Source: a virus. Taken from it: a stretch of 47,750 nt of DNA. The DNA lies in the UHGV virus genome UHGV-1789659. One strand, 5' to 3'. Below the pieces are notes generated by a model. The model did not search any database, was not told where the DNA came from, and saw only the letters and a list, made by a program, of their open reading frames with translations. Of the stretch, positions 36,597 through 45,621 are shown piece by piece (the first letter of the stretch is position 1; each line of letters opens with the position of its first letter). The translations under genes and the position numbers were made by a program.

Positions 36597-36645
36597 CCTG
36601 CTTCCGTATATAATAAGTATCTTAGTATATATATACGGAAGCAGG
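36597..36645. repeat. 49-bp palindrome (copy 2) with AT-rich AATAAGTATCTTAGTAT core
   Basis: Arms CCTGCTTCCGTATAT / TATACGGAAGCAGG; same family as 5757-5811. Confidence 0.8.
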
Positions 36646-36728
36646 TCTTTTAAAGACACCCACCAGAACAACTCCCTTCTGTTTCCACTTCCAAAAACTG
36701 CCACCAGTCGCTATCATCCGCTCATTGT

Positions 36729-36750
36729 GATAAGTAAGTATCTACCTACC
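36729..36750 (+). promoter_or_regulatory. GATAAGTAAGTATCTACCTACC conserved motif
   Basis: GATAAGTA-family motif directly upstream of the replication-module first gene. Confidence 0.4.
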
Positions 36751-36761
36751 AGGTGAGCCAC

Positions 36762-37502
36762 ATGAGCCAAATCTTTTTCGATACCATCGACAACGACCAG
36801 TACGACTTCATGACAGAGTGGAATACCGCTGCTATGGACAAGTGGGTCGCTGAAAACATTGGTTTGTCGCGCTGTAAAGACGAGGCTGAACTCTTCGAGA
36901 CGAAGTGGTTTGATTACCGCGACATGCATCCTCTTATGGCCACCTGTCTATTTACGGAGGCATACAAACGTCAGTACTCAAATATCATGCTGACGCACGG
37001 TCGTGAACACTTTGAAACAGCTCCGTTCACCACCGGGTTAAAACGCCTGCCTTATCAGGAGTTGTCGACTGCCAATAAAACGTCGCTATGGAAAGCACGC
37101 CAGTTTGCTGATCGCTATTGCTGTTCATACGACTACTTTATCTCCACGGTTCTTTCCGCAGCTGCACGGCGTCTGTGGGACAAGTTGCCGCGCCCACAGC
37201 ATTTATGGCAGCCAGAGCTGATTGAGATATTTGAAGAGAAATTAGCCAGACGCGCAACAACCCGTCTGGATGACTCTCTGGTTAGCTTTAAGCATATGGG
37301 AGACATGCAGTTCAACCCGATTCAGGAAAGCTATTTTGAGTGGATTCTGGAGCGTTTACGCACCATCCCCCGCAGCAAGCGCATACGCGCAATTTTCTCC
37401 GCTATCTGGCTAATGGAAATTGTTCCAGAGCGCCTTATTTCCGCCCACTTTCCAGAAGAACTGGAAGAAGCACGGCGGTTTATTGATCCCCTATCTAATT
37501 AA
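36762..37502 (+). CDS. hypothetical replication-module protein (possible initiator or helicase loader, by position only)
   Basis: 246 aa from ATG 36762 (ORF track opens at GTG 36753); immediately upstream of the DnaB-like helicase. Confidence 0.45.
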   Translation: MSQIFFDTIDNDQYDFMTEWNTAAMDKWVAENIGLSRCKDEAELFETKWFDYRDMHPLMATCLFTEAYKRQYSNIMLTHGREHFETAPFTTGLKRLPYQELSTANKTSLWKARQFADRYCCSYDYFISTVLSAAARRLWDKLPRPQHLWQPELIEIFEEKLARRATTRLDDSLVSFKHMGDMQFNPIQESYFEWILERLRTIPRSKRIRAIFSAIWLMEIVPERLISAHFPEELEEARRFIDPLSN

Positions 37503-37511
37503 CTAATACTA

Positions 37512-37526
37512 GAAAACAATTTGTTT
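37512..37526. promoter_or_regulatory. GAAAACAATTTGTTT operator-like near-palindrome upstream of the helicase gene
   Basis: AACAA-T-TTGTT inverted repeat; same family as the sites at 5876 and 34711. Confidence 0.35.
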
Positions 37527-37545
37527 AAAAAACAAAGGAAAGCAC

Positions 37546-38886
37546 ATGACCGAACTTTGCCATACAGGACGCGGGCTGTCCGAAGAGTTTGATGAAGATT
37601 TCCAGAACAGACTGACGGCATATTTTTGTCGTGATCACGAGTTTCTTACTCGTGCGGGAGATCTGGTTGTGCCTAGCCAATTTGCCAATGCGGCCAATGC
37701 CATATTGGTTAATATGGTTTCGGGCTATTACCGTATGTACAAGAGCGCGCCCTCTTCATCTGCAATTCTGGATATGCTTAAGCGTGCGAAACGCGATAAG
37801 ACTATCCGTGAGGAACTATTCGCCGATGTTGTTGCTGCGTTTAAGCGCATCCTTGCAGAAAAATTGTCCGATACCTCGTACATGGTTGACCAGGTATCAA
37901 CCTTCGCAAAAAGCGTAGCGTTTGATGATGCTCTGATTAAGGCTGCTGAACTGAAAGAGAAGGGCGACTTTCAGGGGGCGATGGCAATCATGGCCAAGGT
38001 TCAGCAGATTGGATCGAACGAAGCGACCGGAATCTATGACTACTACACCTCCGCAAGTGAGCGATTGAAAGCGCGTGAATATGAGGCTTCAGAGGAGTAT
38101 GTACCAAACAGTATTACAACTGGACTCCCTCTTCTCGATAGGTTGCTGTACCAAAAAGGCTGGGCAAAGCGCGAAATGGTGCTCTTCATGGGGTTCGCTA
38201 AATCCGGGAAATCGACCGCAATGGGTGAGTTTTCCATAAACGCAACGCTTGCTGGCTACAATGTTCTGTATCTCTCGCTGGAGGTTCACACCAACATTTT
38301 GTCCGACCGCTTTGATGCAAGATTGTCGGAGACGGAAATGTCCAAGCTGGTGGAACGGCGCGATGAAGTTCATCGTAAGTTGGCAGAGTTGGGAGCCACT
38401 AAGGGGATTGGTAGTTTGTGGGTGGTTGAGCGCCCGTCAGGAAGTATGTCACCGGCAGATCTGGACCGTATGCTTAACAGCATGAAAGCCAATGGCATGG
38501 TGCCTGACATGGTTGTTGTCGACTACGCAGATTTGATGCGTGCCAGTTATGACCTTCGTGATGATCGCGCCAATATTCGTAGTATCTACACCGATTTACG
38601 TGCTCTTTATGACAAACATAACGTTGCTGGGATCACGGCATCGCAGACAAACCGTGAAGGTGGCGCGTCAGAAGTTGCCACAATGATGCACGCTGCCGAC
38701 AACATCGAAAAAGTACGTATTGCTGACCTGGTAATAACGATCAACAAAACCGAAGAAGAAGAAGCGAAAGGAGAGGCTCGTCTCTACTTTGCTGGTTCGC
38801 GTAACCAGCAGGGAGGGATCAGCATTCGCGTTAAACAAAACCTCGAACAAATGCGCTTCATTGAGCGAATCTTAGACGTTACCTAA
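37546..38886 (+). CDS. DnaB-like replicative helicase
   Basis: C-terminal RecA-like domain with Walker A GFAKSGKST, Walker B VVVDYADLM and ITASQTNREG; N-terminal helical domain; about 445 aa. Confidence 0.8.
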   Translation: MTELCHTGRGLSEEFDEDFQNRLTAYFCRDHEFLTRAGDLVVPSQFANAANAILVNMVSGYYRMYKSAPSSSAILDMLKRAKRDKTIREELFADVVAAFKRILAEKLSDTSYMVDQVSTFAKSVAFDDALIKAAELKEKGDFQGAMAIMAKVQQIGSNEATGIYDYYTSASERLKAREYEASEEYVPNSITTGLPLLDRLLYQKGWAKREMVLFMGFAKSGKSTAMGEFSINATLAGYNVLYLSLEVHTNILSDRFDARLSETEMSKLVERRDEVHRKLAELGATKGIGSLWVVERPSGSMSPADLDRMLNSMKANGMVPDMVVVDYADLMRASYDLRDDRANIRSIYTDLRALYDKHNVAGITASQTNREGGASEVATMMHAADNIEKVRIADLVITINKTEEEEAKGEARLYFAGSRNQQGGISIRVKQNLEQMRFIERILDVT

Positions 38887-38891
38887 AAAAT

Positions 38892-38916
38892 AAGCGTGGA
38901 GAACACCTCCACGCTT
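38892..38916 (+). terminator. hairpin after the helicase gene
   Basis: AAGCGTGGAG-loop-CTCCACGCTT; no strong T-run. Confidence 0.35.
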
Positions 38917-38968
38917 GATTCATTGCGTGAAACAACTTTTCTTTTGCCAAACCACAAAAGAAAAACAC

Positions 38969-40150
38969 ATGAGCCTTTATGTTATATCAACATTTAGGTT
39001 GGTCACAATATTGCCTGTTAAAAGTGGAATTATCGTGAGCGAGCTGAAAGAGCTAATTGCCGAATTAGATTTTGAACAATGGTTGGATACTGAAGGTATC
39101 GTTTATCGACGTGGAGGCGTGAGTGCTCGCGGTCGTGAAGTGAATATCAAGGAGTGTCCGGTATGCGGCAGCTCCAACTGGAAGGTATATTTCAATCTGA
39201 CCAGCGGCGTCGGTAAATGCTTCGCTGGTGATCATCCCGAAGAGATTCAGTTCAATAAGCTGGTCTTCCTCAAGCACCACAGCGGTAAATCACGACGACA
39301 GTTCGAGGAATATGTGCAGAACGCTCTTCTTTCCCAGGGGTGGGCACCAAAGAAAGAAGAGATAGTGCTTGCAAGCACAGTCGAGTTAGAGGGACCACTT
39401 GCACTCCCTCGTCATTACGAACTTCCTATAGATGGCCGTCTTCCAGACTATCTGGTTGAACGAAACATATCGCCTGAAATGGCAAAGTATTTTGACCTAC
39501 GATACTGCGTCGAAGGCAAGCACGCTTATGTTGATCCGTATACAGATCAGGTTAAAGGACAGATATTCGATATGCGAATACTGATACCGGTTTACGATCT
39601 GGATGGGGTAATGAAGACATTTCAGGGACGAGACATTACCGGTACAGCAGAACGCCGCTACCTCTTTCCTATGCAGCTTCCAGCTTCAGGTAAGTTTCTC
39701 TACAACGGCCATAATGCGGTCGGCAAACAGACTGTAGTTGTCTGTGAGGGGGCGTTCGATGTTATGGGGGTTAAACGAGCTATTTTTGATGAAGAAACAT
39801 TACGTGATTACGTGGAACCGATAGGAACGTTCGGGATGCATCTATCTGGTAACACCACTCAGGATGCAGAAGATCAGTTAGGCGCGTTCCTGACGCTCAA
39901 GGCGCGTGGATTACGTAATGTGATCATGATGTGGGATAGTGAAAAGCAAGCTATACGCAACACGATGGCCGCAGCCAGGCGACTGACCAGTATTGGTCTT
40001 AATGTCAAAGTTGCGTGTTTGGGCGAGGAAGGACTCGACCCCGGCGATGCGACACCGGGGCAGATTATCAAAGCCTACTATTGCGCAAAACCTTACTCAC
40101 GACAGCTTGAACTTTTAAGCAAGGTAAAAGGTATAGCAGCATTAGTTTGA
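38969..40150 (+). CDS. DNA primase (zinc-ribbon plus TOPRIM)
   Basis: CPVCGSSNW...CFAGDH zinc-ribbon-like N-terminus; TOPRIM VVVCEGAFDVMG. Start uncertain: ATG 38969, or GTG 39036; ORF track opens at 38915. Confidence 0.7.
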   Translation: MSLYVISTFRLVTILPVKSGIIVSELKELIAELDFEQWLDTEGIVYRRGGVSARGREVNIKECPVCGSSNWKVYFNLTSGVGKCFAGDHPEEIQFNKLVFLKHHSGKSRRQFEEYVQNALLSQGWAPKKEEIVLASTVELEGPLALPRHYELPIDGRLPDYLVERNISPEMAKYFDLRYCVEGKHAYVDPYTDQVKGQIFDMRILIPVYDLDGVMKTFQGRDITGTAERRYLFPMQLPASGKFLYNGHNAVGKQTVVVCEGAFDVMGVKRAIFDEETLRDYVEPIGTFGMHLSGNTTQDAEDQLGAFLTLKARGLRNVIMMWDSEKQAIRNTMAAARRLTSIGLNVKVACLGEEGLDPGDATPGQIIKAYYCAKPYSRQLELLSKVKGIAALV

Positions 40151-41395
40151 ACCAGTATTAGTCACGTAAACATTGACCGAAAATGATTTAACTTCTGTGT
40201 TGAAGTTGTCAGTCATTACCGCGAGGTAGGCATTCTTGGTATCTCTGAATTGCTTCAGGATGATTTGAACGTTATCGGTGCAAACAAACGAGGTAGCCAG
40301 ATTGCCTCCTTTCTCTGAAAAATCCTTCAAGAAGGTGCAGTCAACTTTGCCATCATTAGCGGTAAAGACGGCATCATCACCCTGCCAGGTAAATGTTGCG
40401 TTAACGCCTTTATCAATGGATTTAGCAATAAGTCGCTGAGTGTCAGATTTGGCATTTTGCTGTTTTGAAGGCGAACGGAACGTACCTTTTGCTTTCATTG
40501 CAGCAACGTTTTCGCAGCCCGTTTCGTCATCTTTATCGCAAGCAGCTTGGTAAAGCTCTGATGCTTTCCGATAATCCTGTTTGACGCCCAATCCCTTAAG
40601 ATACATGTAACCAAGGTGGTTCATGGCATAATCATTTCCTAAGCTGATTGCTTGTTCTAAAAGACTTCTGGCCTTCGAATAGTCTTTTTTTATACCTTCT
40701 CCATGCATCAACTTGTATCCAAGCGCGCTCATGGCGTTATTATTTCCTAATTCAGCTGCTTTCAAGTACCACTTAATTGCCTCTTTATTGTTGCGCTTAA
40801 CAGCAACACCATCGTCGTACATAGAGCCTAGCCCATACATTCCTGCGGCATTTCCACTATCCGCAGCCTTTTTATAAGATTTAAATGCTTTCTTGTAATC
40901 TTTCGGAACTCCCTTACCGTATTGATATAAATATCCCATATAGGCAAGCGAAGGTATATCACCAGCTTCTACTGCTAGTTTGTGATATTTTAAAGCAGCT
41001 TCTGGGTCCTCCTTTCCAGTCCAACCTCGTTCGTATATAACGGCAAGATTATGGTAAGCACTGCCGTTGCGAGCATTTCCTGCTAGTTTGTAGTACTCAA
41101 CGGCCTTATTTAGATCTTTATCTACTCCCTTCCCAATTGTGTACATAACCCCAAGCGCATAATATGCTACTTTATCTCCCTTTTCTGCGGCGAGATCGAT
41201 CCACTTCTTGGCCTCTACTAAATCCTCATCAAAGCCATTAGCCCCATCCAAATAATTTGTCCCTAACGCACTTTGTGCTGTGGTATCTCCTGCGGTGGCG
41301 GCGTCGATCAGCGTTTGTTTATTATCTGCGTTAACGTATCCAGGGCCGAAAAGCAAAGCTAATGCCAGCAACGATGAAGGTTTTATGAGTTTCAT
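40142..41395 (-). CDS. secreted Sel1-like repeat (SLR/TPR-like) protein
   Basis: Signal peptide MKLIKPSSLLALALLFGPGYVNA; about eight 36-aa Sel1-type repeats; C-terminal 110-aa non-repeat domain; 3-prime end overlaps the primase stop convergently. Confidence 0.75.
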   Translation of the reverse strand: MKLIKPSSLLALALLFGPGYVNADNKQTLIDAATAGDTTAQSALGTNYLDGANGFDEDLVEAKKWIDLAAEKGDKVAYYALGVMYTIGKGVDKDLNKAVEYYKLAGNARNGSAYHNLAVIYERGWTGKEDPEAALKYHKLAVEAGDIPSLAYMGYLYQYGKGVPKDYKKAFKSYKKAADSGNAAGMYGLGSMYDDGVAVKRNNKEAIKWYLKAAELGNNNAMSALGYKLMHGEGIKKDYSKARSLLEQAISLGNDYAMNHLGYMYLKGLGVKQDYRKASELYQAACDKDDETGCENVAAMKAKGTFRSPSKQQNAKSDTQRLIAKSIDKGVNATFTWQGDDAVFTANDGKVDCTFLKDFSEKGGNLATSFVCTDNVQIILKQFRDTKNAYLAVMTDNFNTEVKSFSVNVYVTNTGSN

Positions 41396-41622
41396 ATTTT
41401 ATGTTCTGTTGATATAGGATGAACAGTTTAGACGCGGCAAGCGTCAAGTGTGCGAAAAGGGTACTTAAATTTAGTTAATCTGTCAGCTTTGATAATTTAT
41501 GAACTGTAAAGTTGATGTGATATTAATCACCGATGGAAATAATGAGCTATGGAATTATTGTGACACGGCTCGTGTTTTGGTTAACTAATACCTACGATAA
41601 ATATAAATAAAGGGAAGTCAAA

Positions 41623-42036
41623 ATGAGCAAAAAGAAGTTGATTTTAACAGGTGCTTTATTGTCGTTGTTTGCATTAGTTGGGTGTAAGCCTACAGACGAG
41701 AAGGCTATTACTCTGGGCCAACAGGCAATTGCGGATGATATGAAAGATCCCACGTCGGTGATGTTTAGGAAAGATAAGTTTGTCAGGACTGATCATGATG
41801 ATGGGAGTGTGACAGGCTTTGTGTGTGGTGAATTAAACGCCAAAAATGGCTTTGGTGCATACGTGGGCTATCACTCATATGTTGTTGAACTCGAAATGAA
41901 GCCAAAGGGCATGTTTTCAAAAGGGGTGGTATACAAAATCCTATCGAAGTCGTTGGCACCTAATGATCCTCATGATTTACAGCGTTATAAGCAGGTCTAC
42001 AGAAAGATGTGCAACAGTGAGGCTGTAGCTCATTAA
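41623..42036 (+). CDS. putative lipoprotein
   Basis: Signal peptide with lipobox LVG-C (MSKKKLILTGALLSLFALVGC); RBS AAAGGGAAG. Confidence 0.6.
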   Translation: MSKKKLILTGALLSLFALVGCKPTDEKAITLGQQAIADDMKDPTSVMFRKDKFVRTDHDDGSVTGFVCGELNAKNGFGAYVGYHSYVVELEMKPKGMFSKGVVYKILSKSLAPNDPHDLQRYKQVYRKMCNSEAVAH

Positions 42037-42099
42037 AGGTGAATGCTGGGCTGAGGATATGCCCAGCATCTTAGTATAAAGAACTATTGCACCTAAAAT

Positions 42100-42118
42100 G
42101 ATAAGTAGATACATACTT
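42100..42118 (+). promoter_or_regulatory. GATAAGTAGATACATACTT conserved motif
   Basis: GATAAGTA-family motif upstream of the 42162 gene. Confidence 0.4.
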
Positions 42119-42161
42119 AAGTTTTTGTAAGAATACTTTCATCCGTTAGCTAGGAGTTGGT

Positions 42162-42944
42162 ATGAAAGAAGAAATTAAGAGATTAGCCTGCAACATCATT
42201 GATAAAACTGGTTTAGAAATCAGCGAGAGCAATCGGCTAGACATCATTGAAAAAGCCGTCAATACGGCAATGGATCATATCGCCACTCGTTTGGTCGAGA
42301 TCCCTCTACCGGGGCTACCTTATCTGAAGGTTAAGTTGTGCGTATGGGGCGAACCTGCACATGCACGACGTTCTGCATTAGTTGTTTTTGTACGCAAAGA
42401 AAACTTACGAACTCTAAAAGTGCAGGTTGGGGCGTGGTTTGATGGCAGAGTCATCTATACAGATACCATTATCTGTCCTCCAGGTGACGAACATATTGAA
42501 GCCGTTATTCGAGAATCAATTCGAGCTATGCGTAGTTTAGCTTTGCTGGAAGACAAGCAAAACTTTGAATATTACTTGCTGTCGGTAAAAGCTGAACCAA
42601 CATTGTCTCTGAAAGCCGATTTCGTCACCCCGACAAATCTGTTGGAGGTTTTGATTAATAAAGGGGCTAATGATGCTGTAAACCTAATCAGGGAGAGCGA
42701 ATATTCGACTCTTTGGGACATGTGCAAAAGCCAGTTGGATCTTGTGCATATCATTGTTGATGCGGGTAAGGCGTGTGATGGCATAATGGCGGAATTTGCT
42801 GGGAAGATGGTCAGGATTGCTAACGAATTACCGATGATAGAGCAAGAGGCCAAATCATACGCCACCAATCATGTCACAGAGCTTCTTGCCCCCTATCGCT
42901 TAGAAAGCGATCAGCGCAAGATGATTAGCTGGGGAAGTTGGTAA
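42162..42944 (+). CDS. hypothetical protein
   Basis: 260-aa ORF with AGGAG RBS; no motif recognised. Confidence 0.5.
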   Translation: MKEEIKRLACNIIDKTGLEISESNRLDIIEKAVNTAMDHIATRLVEIPLPGLPYLKVKLCVWGEPAHARRSALVVFVRKENLRTLKVQVGAWFDGRVIYTDTIICPPGDEHIEAVIRESIRAMRSLALLEDKQNFEYYLLSVKAEPTLSLKADFVTPTNLLEVLINKGANDAVNLIRESEYSTLWDMCKSQLDLVHIIVDAGKACDGIMAEFAGKMVRIANELPMIEQEAKSYATNHVTELLAPYRLESDQRKMISWGSW

Positions 42945-42976
42945 GCTCTCTGTGTGTCGTTTTTTACGCAAATAAT

Positions 42977-42995
42977 GATAGGTAAGCACAAGATT
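42977..42995 (+). promoter_or_regulatory. GATAGGTAAGCACAAGATT conserved motif
   Basis: GATAAGTA-family motif upstream of the 43012 ORF. Confidence 0.35.
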
Positions 42996-43011
42996 ATTTC
43001 TGGCGGTAATT

Positions 43012-43482
43012 GTGAAAGCTGATTTGTCAAAAATCCCTTCTATTTCAGGAAATAACGGTTATTCACTTCGTTGTGAGGAAGTAAAGATAAACGGTGAGTC
43101 GGCATATTGCAGCTACTCCGTTTGCCAGCACACCATTGTTGCCTTCAAAGAAAACCGTCTTCCTCGAACGTCTTTCCAGTCGTGCGCAACCGCTATTAAA
43201 GCAGGCAAATGCAAGGCATTAAAAATGATGGTTGAAGAGATTCGTAAAGGAGAATCTCTGTATTTCGAAGATATGACCGCACTCATTAGGGAGGTTGAAG
43301 AACGGAATAAACAAGCCAGAACTATAAAACGAAAACGTGACAGTGTAACAATTAATAGCATGGTTAAGAAGATCACCACATCACAAACAGCGATCACTGA
43401 CGTGTATGCGGCGTTGCTTGAAGAAACAACAAAAGAAACACATGAGCAAATCGATCAACATATGGAGGCAAAACAACAATGA
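43012..43482 (+). CDS. hypothetical Cys-containing protein (GTG start per ORF track)
   Basis: 156-aa ORF whose stop overlaps the ligase start (ATGA); start codon uncertain. Confidence 0.4.
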   Translation: MKADLSKIPSISGNNGYSLRCEEVKINGESAYCSYSVCQHTIVAFKENRLPRTSFQSCATAIKAGKCKALKMMVEEIRKGESLYFEDMTALIREVEERNKQARTIKRKRDSVTINSMVKKITTSQTAITDVYAALLEETTKETHEQIDQHMEAKQQ

Positions 43483-44801
43483 AAAAGTTGATCGCACTTA
43501 AGCATAAGCTGGACGAAATGAAAGCTATGGGAACCAATGCAAAAAAAGAGGCATTGGCCAACATGGATGACTTCGAGCAAAGCATGGTTTCATTGATGCT
43601 CAACCCTTTCATCCGTTTTGGGGTAAAGAAATACAAAGTGGCAGAGCCGCTTAGTGAGTCCGTCCCTAGTGACGAAAAAGCCATTGATATACTGAATAAG
43701 CTGGCCTCTCGCGAGCTAACGGGGAACGCAGCAATAGCTGCTGTTGAGTCTATCGTGGCGTCAATGTGCGCCGATGGGCAGGACGTGTTCCGTCGTTTCC
43801 TCTTAAAAGACCCGAAAGCGGGCGTTGGGATTAGCCTATGCAACAAGGTTTTTGAAAATCCCATTCCGAAATTCGAGGTGCAGCTGGCGTCGCCGTATAA
43901 AGAAAAAGGCGACAAATACCCCTTCAAGCCAAATCCTAAAGCAAAATGGCCGATGATTGGCAGCCTTAAGCTCGATGGTTTGCGAGTAATTTGCGAGGTT
44001 ATTGTTGACGAGGAAGAGGTTAACTTCCTTTCTCGTACTGGTAATCCAATCACGTCTCTCGATCACCTAAAGCCAGCCATGCTCGAATTAGGCAAACTTT
44101 CAGGCCACAAACACATCTTCTTCGATGGTGAAGGAACTGCCGGTTCATTTAACCAGTCCGTATCTGCATTGCGCAAAAAGAACGTGCAGGCAATTGGCGC
44201 TATTTATCATGTTTTCGACTTCTTCCTACCGGAATGGCGGACACAGGCTAAATCCAAAGAGTATGCAAAGACAGGTATGAAGCTGAAAGAGCGCCTGGCT
44301 ATGCTCGTGGCGTTGTTCAAAAACGATCGCAGTGAAGGCTACACACAAGACATTCACCTGCATCCGTTCTATATCATCCATAGCCACGAAGACTTCATCG
44401 AACGCTTCATGAAACGCCTGGACGATAACGAAGAAGGGGAGATGGGCAAAGATCCGAACTCTGTTTACGAGTTTAAACGTACCCGCAGCTGGTGGAAGTT
44501 AAAAGACGAAGATTCAGAAGATGGTGAAATTATCGACTTTGAGCCGGGCGACCCGGACTCTGGTTTTGCCAACACACTTGGAAAAATTGTTATTCGTCTT
44601 GAAAACGGCGTCATCGTTCGTGCGAGCGGCATTAAGCATAAATATCTGGACGAGATCTGGAACAACAAAGAGAAGTACCGTGGTCGTATTGTCGAGGTTC
44701 ATTGTCACGAGAAAACACCGGACGGCAGCTTACGCCACCCACGACTGAAATGGCCGCGTTGCTTACGCGATACAGAAGATCGAATCGGAGATAAAGAATG
44801 A
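43479..44801 (+). CDS. ATP-dependent DNA ligase
   Basis: Adenylation motif I KLDGLR (lysine in SLKLDGLRV), motif III FFDGEG, motif V WWKLK, in correct order and spacing. Confidence 0.8.
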   Translation: MKKLIALKHKLDEMKAMGTNAKKEALANMDDFEQSMVSLMLNPFIRFGVKKYKVAEPLSESVPSDEKAIDILNKLASRELTGNAAIAAVESIVASMCADGQDVFRRFLLKDPKAGVGISLCNKVFENPIPKFEVQLASPYKEKGDKYPFKPNPKAKWPMIGSLKLDGLRVICEVIVDEEEVNFLSRTGNPITSLDHLKPAMLELGKLSGHKHIFFDGEGTAGSFNQSVSALRKKNVQAIGAIYHVFDFFLPEWRTQAKSKEYAKTGMKLKERLAMLVALFKNDRSEGYTQDIHLHPFYIIHSHEDFIERFMKRLDDNEEGEMGKDPNSVYEFKRTRSWWKLKDEDSEDGEIIDFEPGDPDSGFANTLGKIVIRLENGVIVRASGIKHKYLDEIWNNKEKYRGRIVEVHCHEKTPDGSLRHPRLKWPRCLRDTEDRIGDKE

Positions 44802-44977
44802 TGCTCGGCTGGATGATTGCATTTTTAGCGGTTGGTTTTTTAATCGGTATTGTGGTGATGTCCAGTTGCATCAATGACTACATTAAAAGCGGTGTTATAG
44901 AACGACGCGGTCGTATTTATCGCATTGTAGAAATAACCCACACAGTGAAGGAGATTAAGGATGATCGTATTAAGTAA
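44798..44977 (+). CDS. small single-TM membrane protein (59 aa)
   Basis: ATGATG start overlapping the ligase stop; hydrophobic N-terminus MMLGWMIAFLAVGFLIGIVVM; falls below the ORF-track size cutoff. Confidence 0.4.
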   Translation: MMLGWMIAFLAVGFLIGIVVMSSCINDYIKSGVIERRGRIYRIVEITHTVKEIKDDRIK

Positions 44978-45176
44978 GCGGGAGAAGGAAACGCTTCATG
45001 AAATCAGTAAGTGGCCGGAGTTCCCTGAGTACTGGAGGCCTAAAACGCGGGCTAAGTTAGAGCGTTTAGGGTTGGTTGCAAACGTTTCTGAAACGAAGTG
45101 TTCGGCCAACTACCAGTTAACTGATAACGGGAAAGTATTGCTACAGCAATTAGTAGAATCAGGAGCATTAGAATGA
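44961..45176 (+). CDS. hypothetical small protein
   Basis: 71-aa ORF with GGAG-containing RBS region, overlapping the previous small ORF. Confidence 0.4.
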   Translation: MIVLSKREKETLHEISKWPEFPEYWRPKTRAKLERLGLVANVSETKCSANYQLTDNGKVLLQQLVESGALE

Positions 45177-45199
45177 TTCCATACATCTAATTAGCTTTT

Positions 45200-45325
45200 A
45201 TGGTTGGCTTCCTTATCGGCTTCGGCATCTGTCGTGATTTAATTAAGCAGGAACTTAAAACCAAAACACTGTGCATCGGAAAGCGCGTGTATCGGGTAGT
45301 TCATGAAACAAAGGTGAAAAAATGA
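45200..45325 (+). CDS. small ORF (41 aa), truncated paralogue of the 44798 membrane protein
   Basis: VGFLIG...C...IK.....G.R.YR.V..T shared with the 44798..44977 product; stop overlaps the next start (ATGA). Confidence 0.3.
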   Translation: MVGFLIGFGICRDLIKQELKTKTLCIGKRVYRVVHETKVKK

Positions 45326-45612
45326 GCAAATTAACTTCTTGGGAATGGTGGTTGGCCACCTATTTCTTAGCGGCCGGAGTCGCATTCGCCTTTTACGTAG
45401 GTCAGTTAGTCGTAAAACTGTTGCTTATTAAATTTGCTAGTCATAAACGTATCGATGATGGTCTGTGGCGTCTTGGTACCCTGGTGGAAACTCGCTACGG
45501 GCAACTTAAGGAGAACGAAACCATTACTATCCAAGCGAAACGATTCACTGCCACCATCACAAGAACACCTGATCGTAGAGTGGCCTTGATCAAAAAAGTC
45601 ACAACCGAATAA
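45322..45612 (+). CDS. small membrane protein
   Basis: 96-aa ORF with N-terminal TM helix (WWLATYFLAAGVAFAFYVGQLVV). Confidence 0.45.
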   Translation: MSKLTSWEWWLATYFLAAGVAFAFYVGQLVVKLLLIKFASHKRIDDGLWRLGTLVETRYGQLKENETITIQAKRFTATITRTPDRRVALIKKVTTE

Positions 45613-45621
45613 AAATACAAT

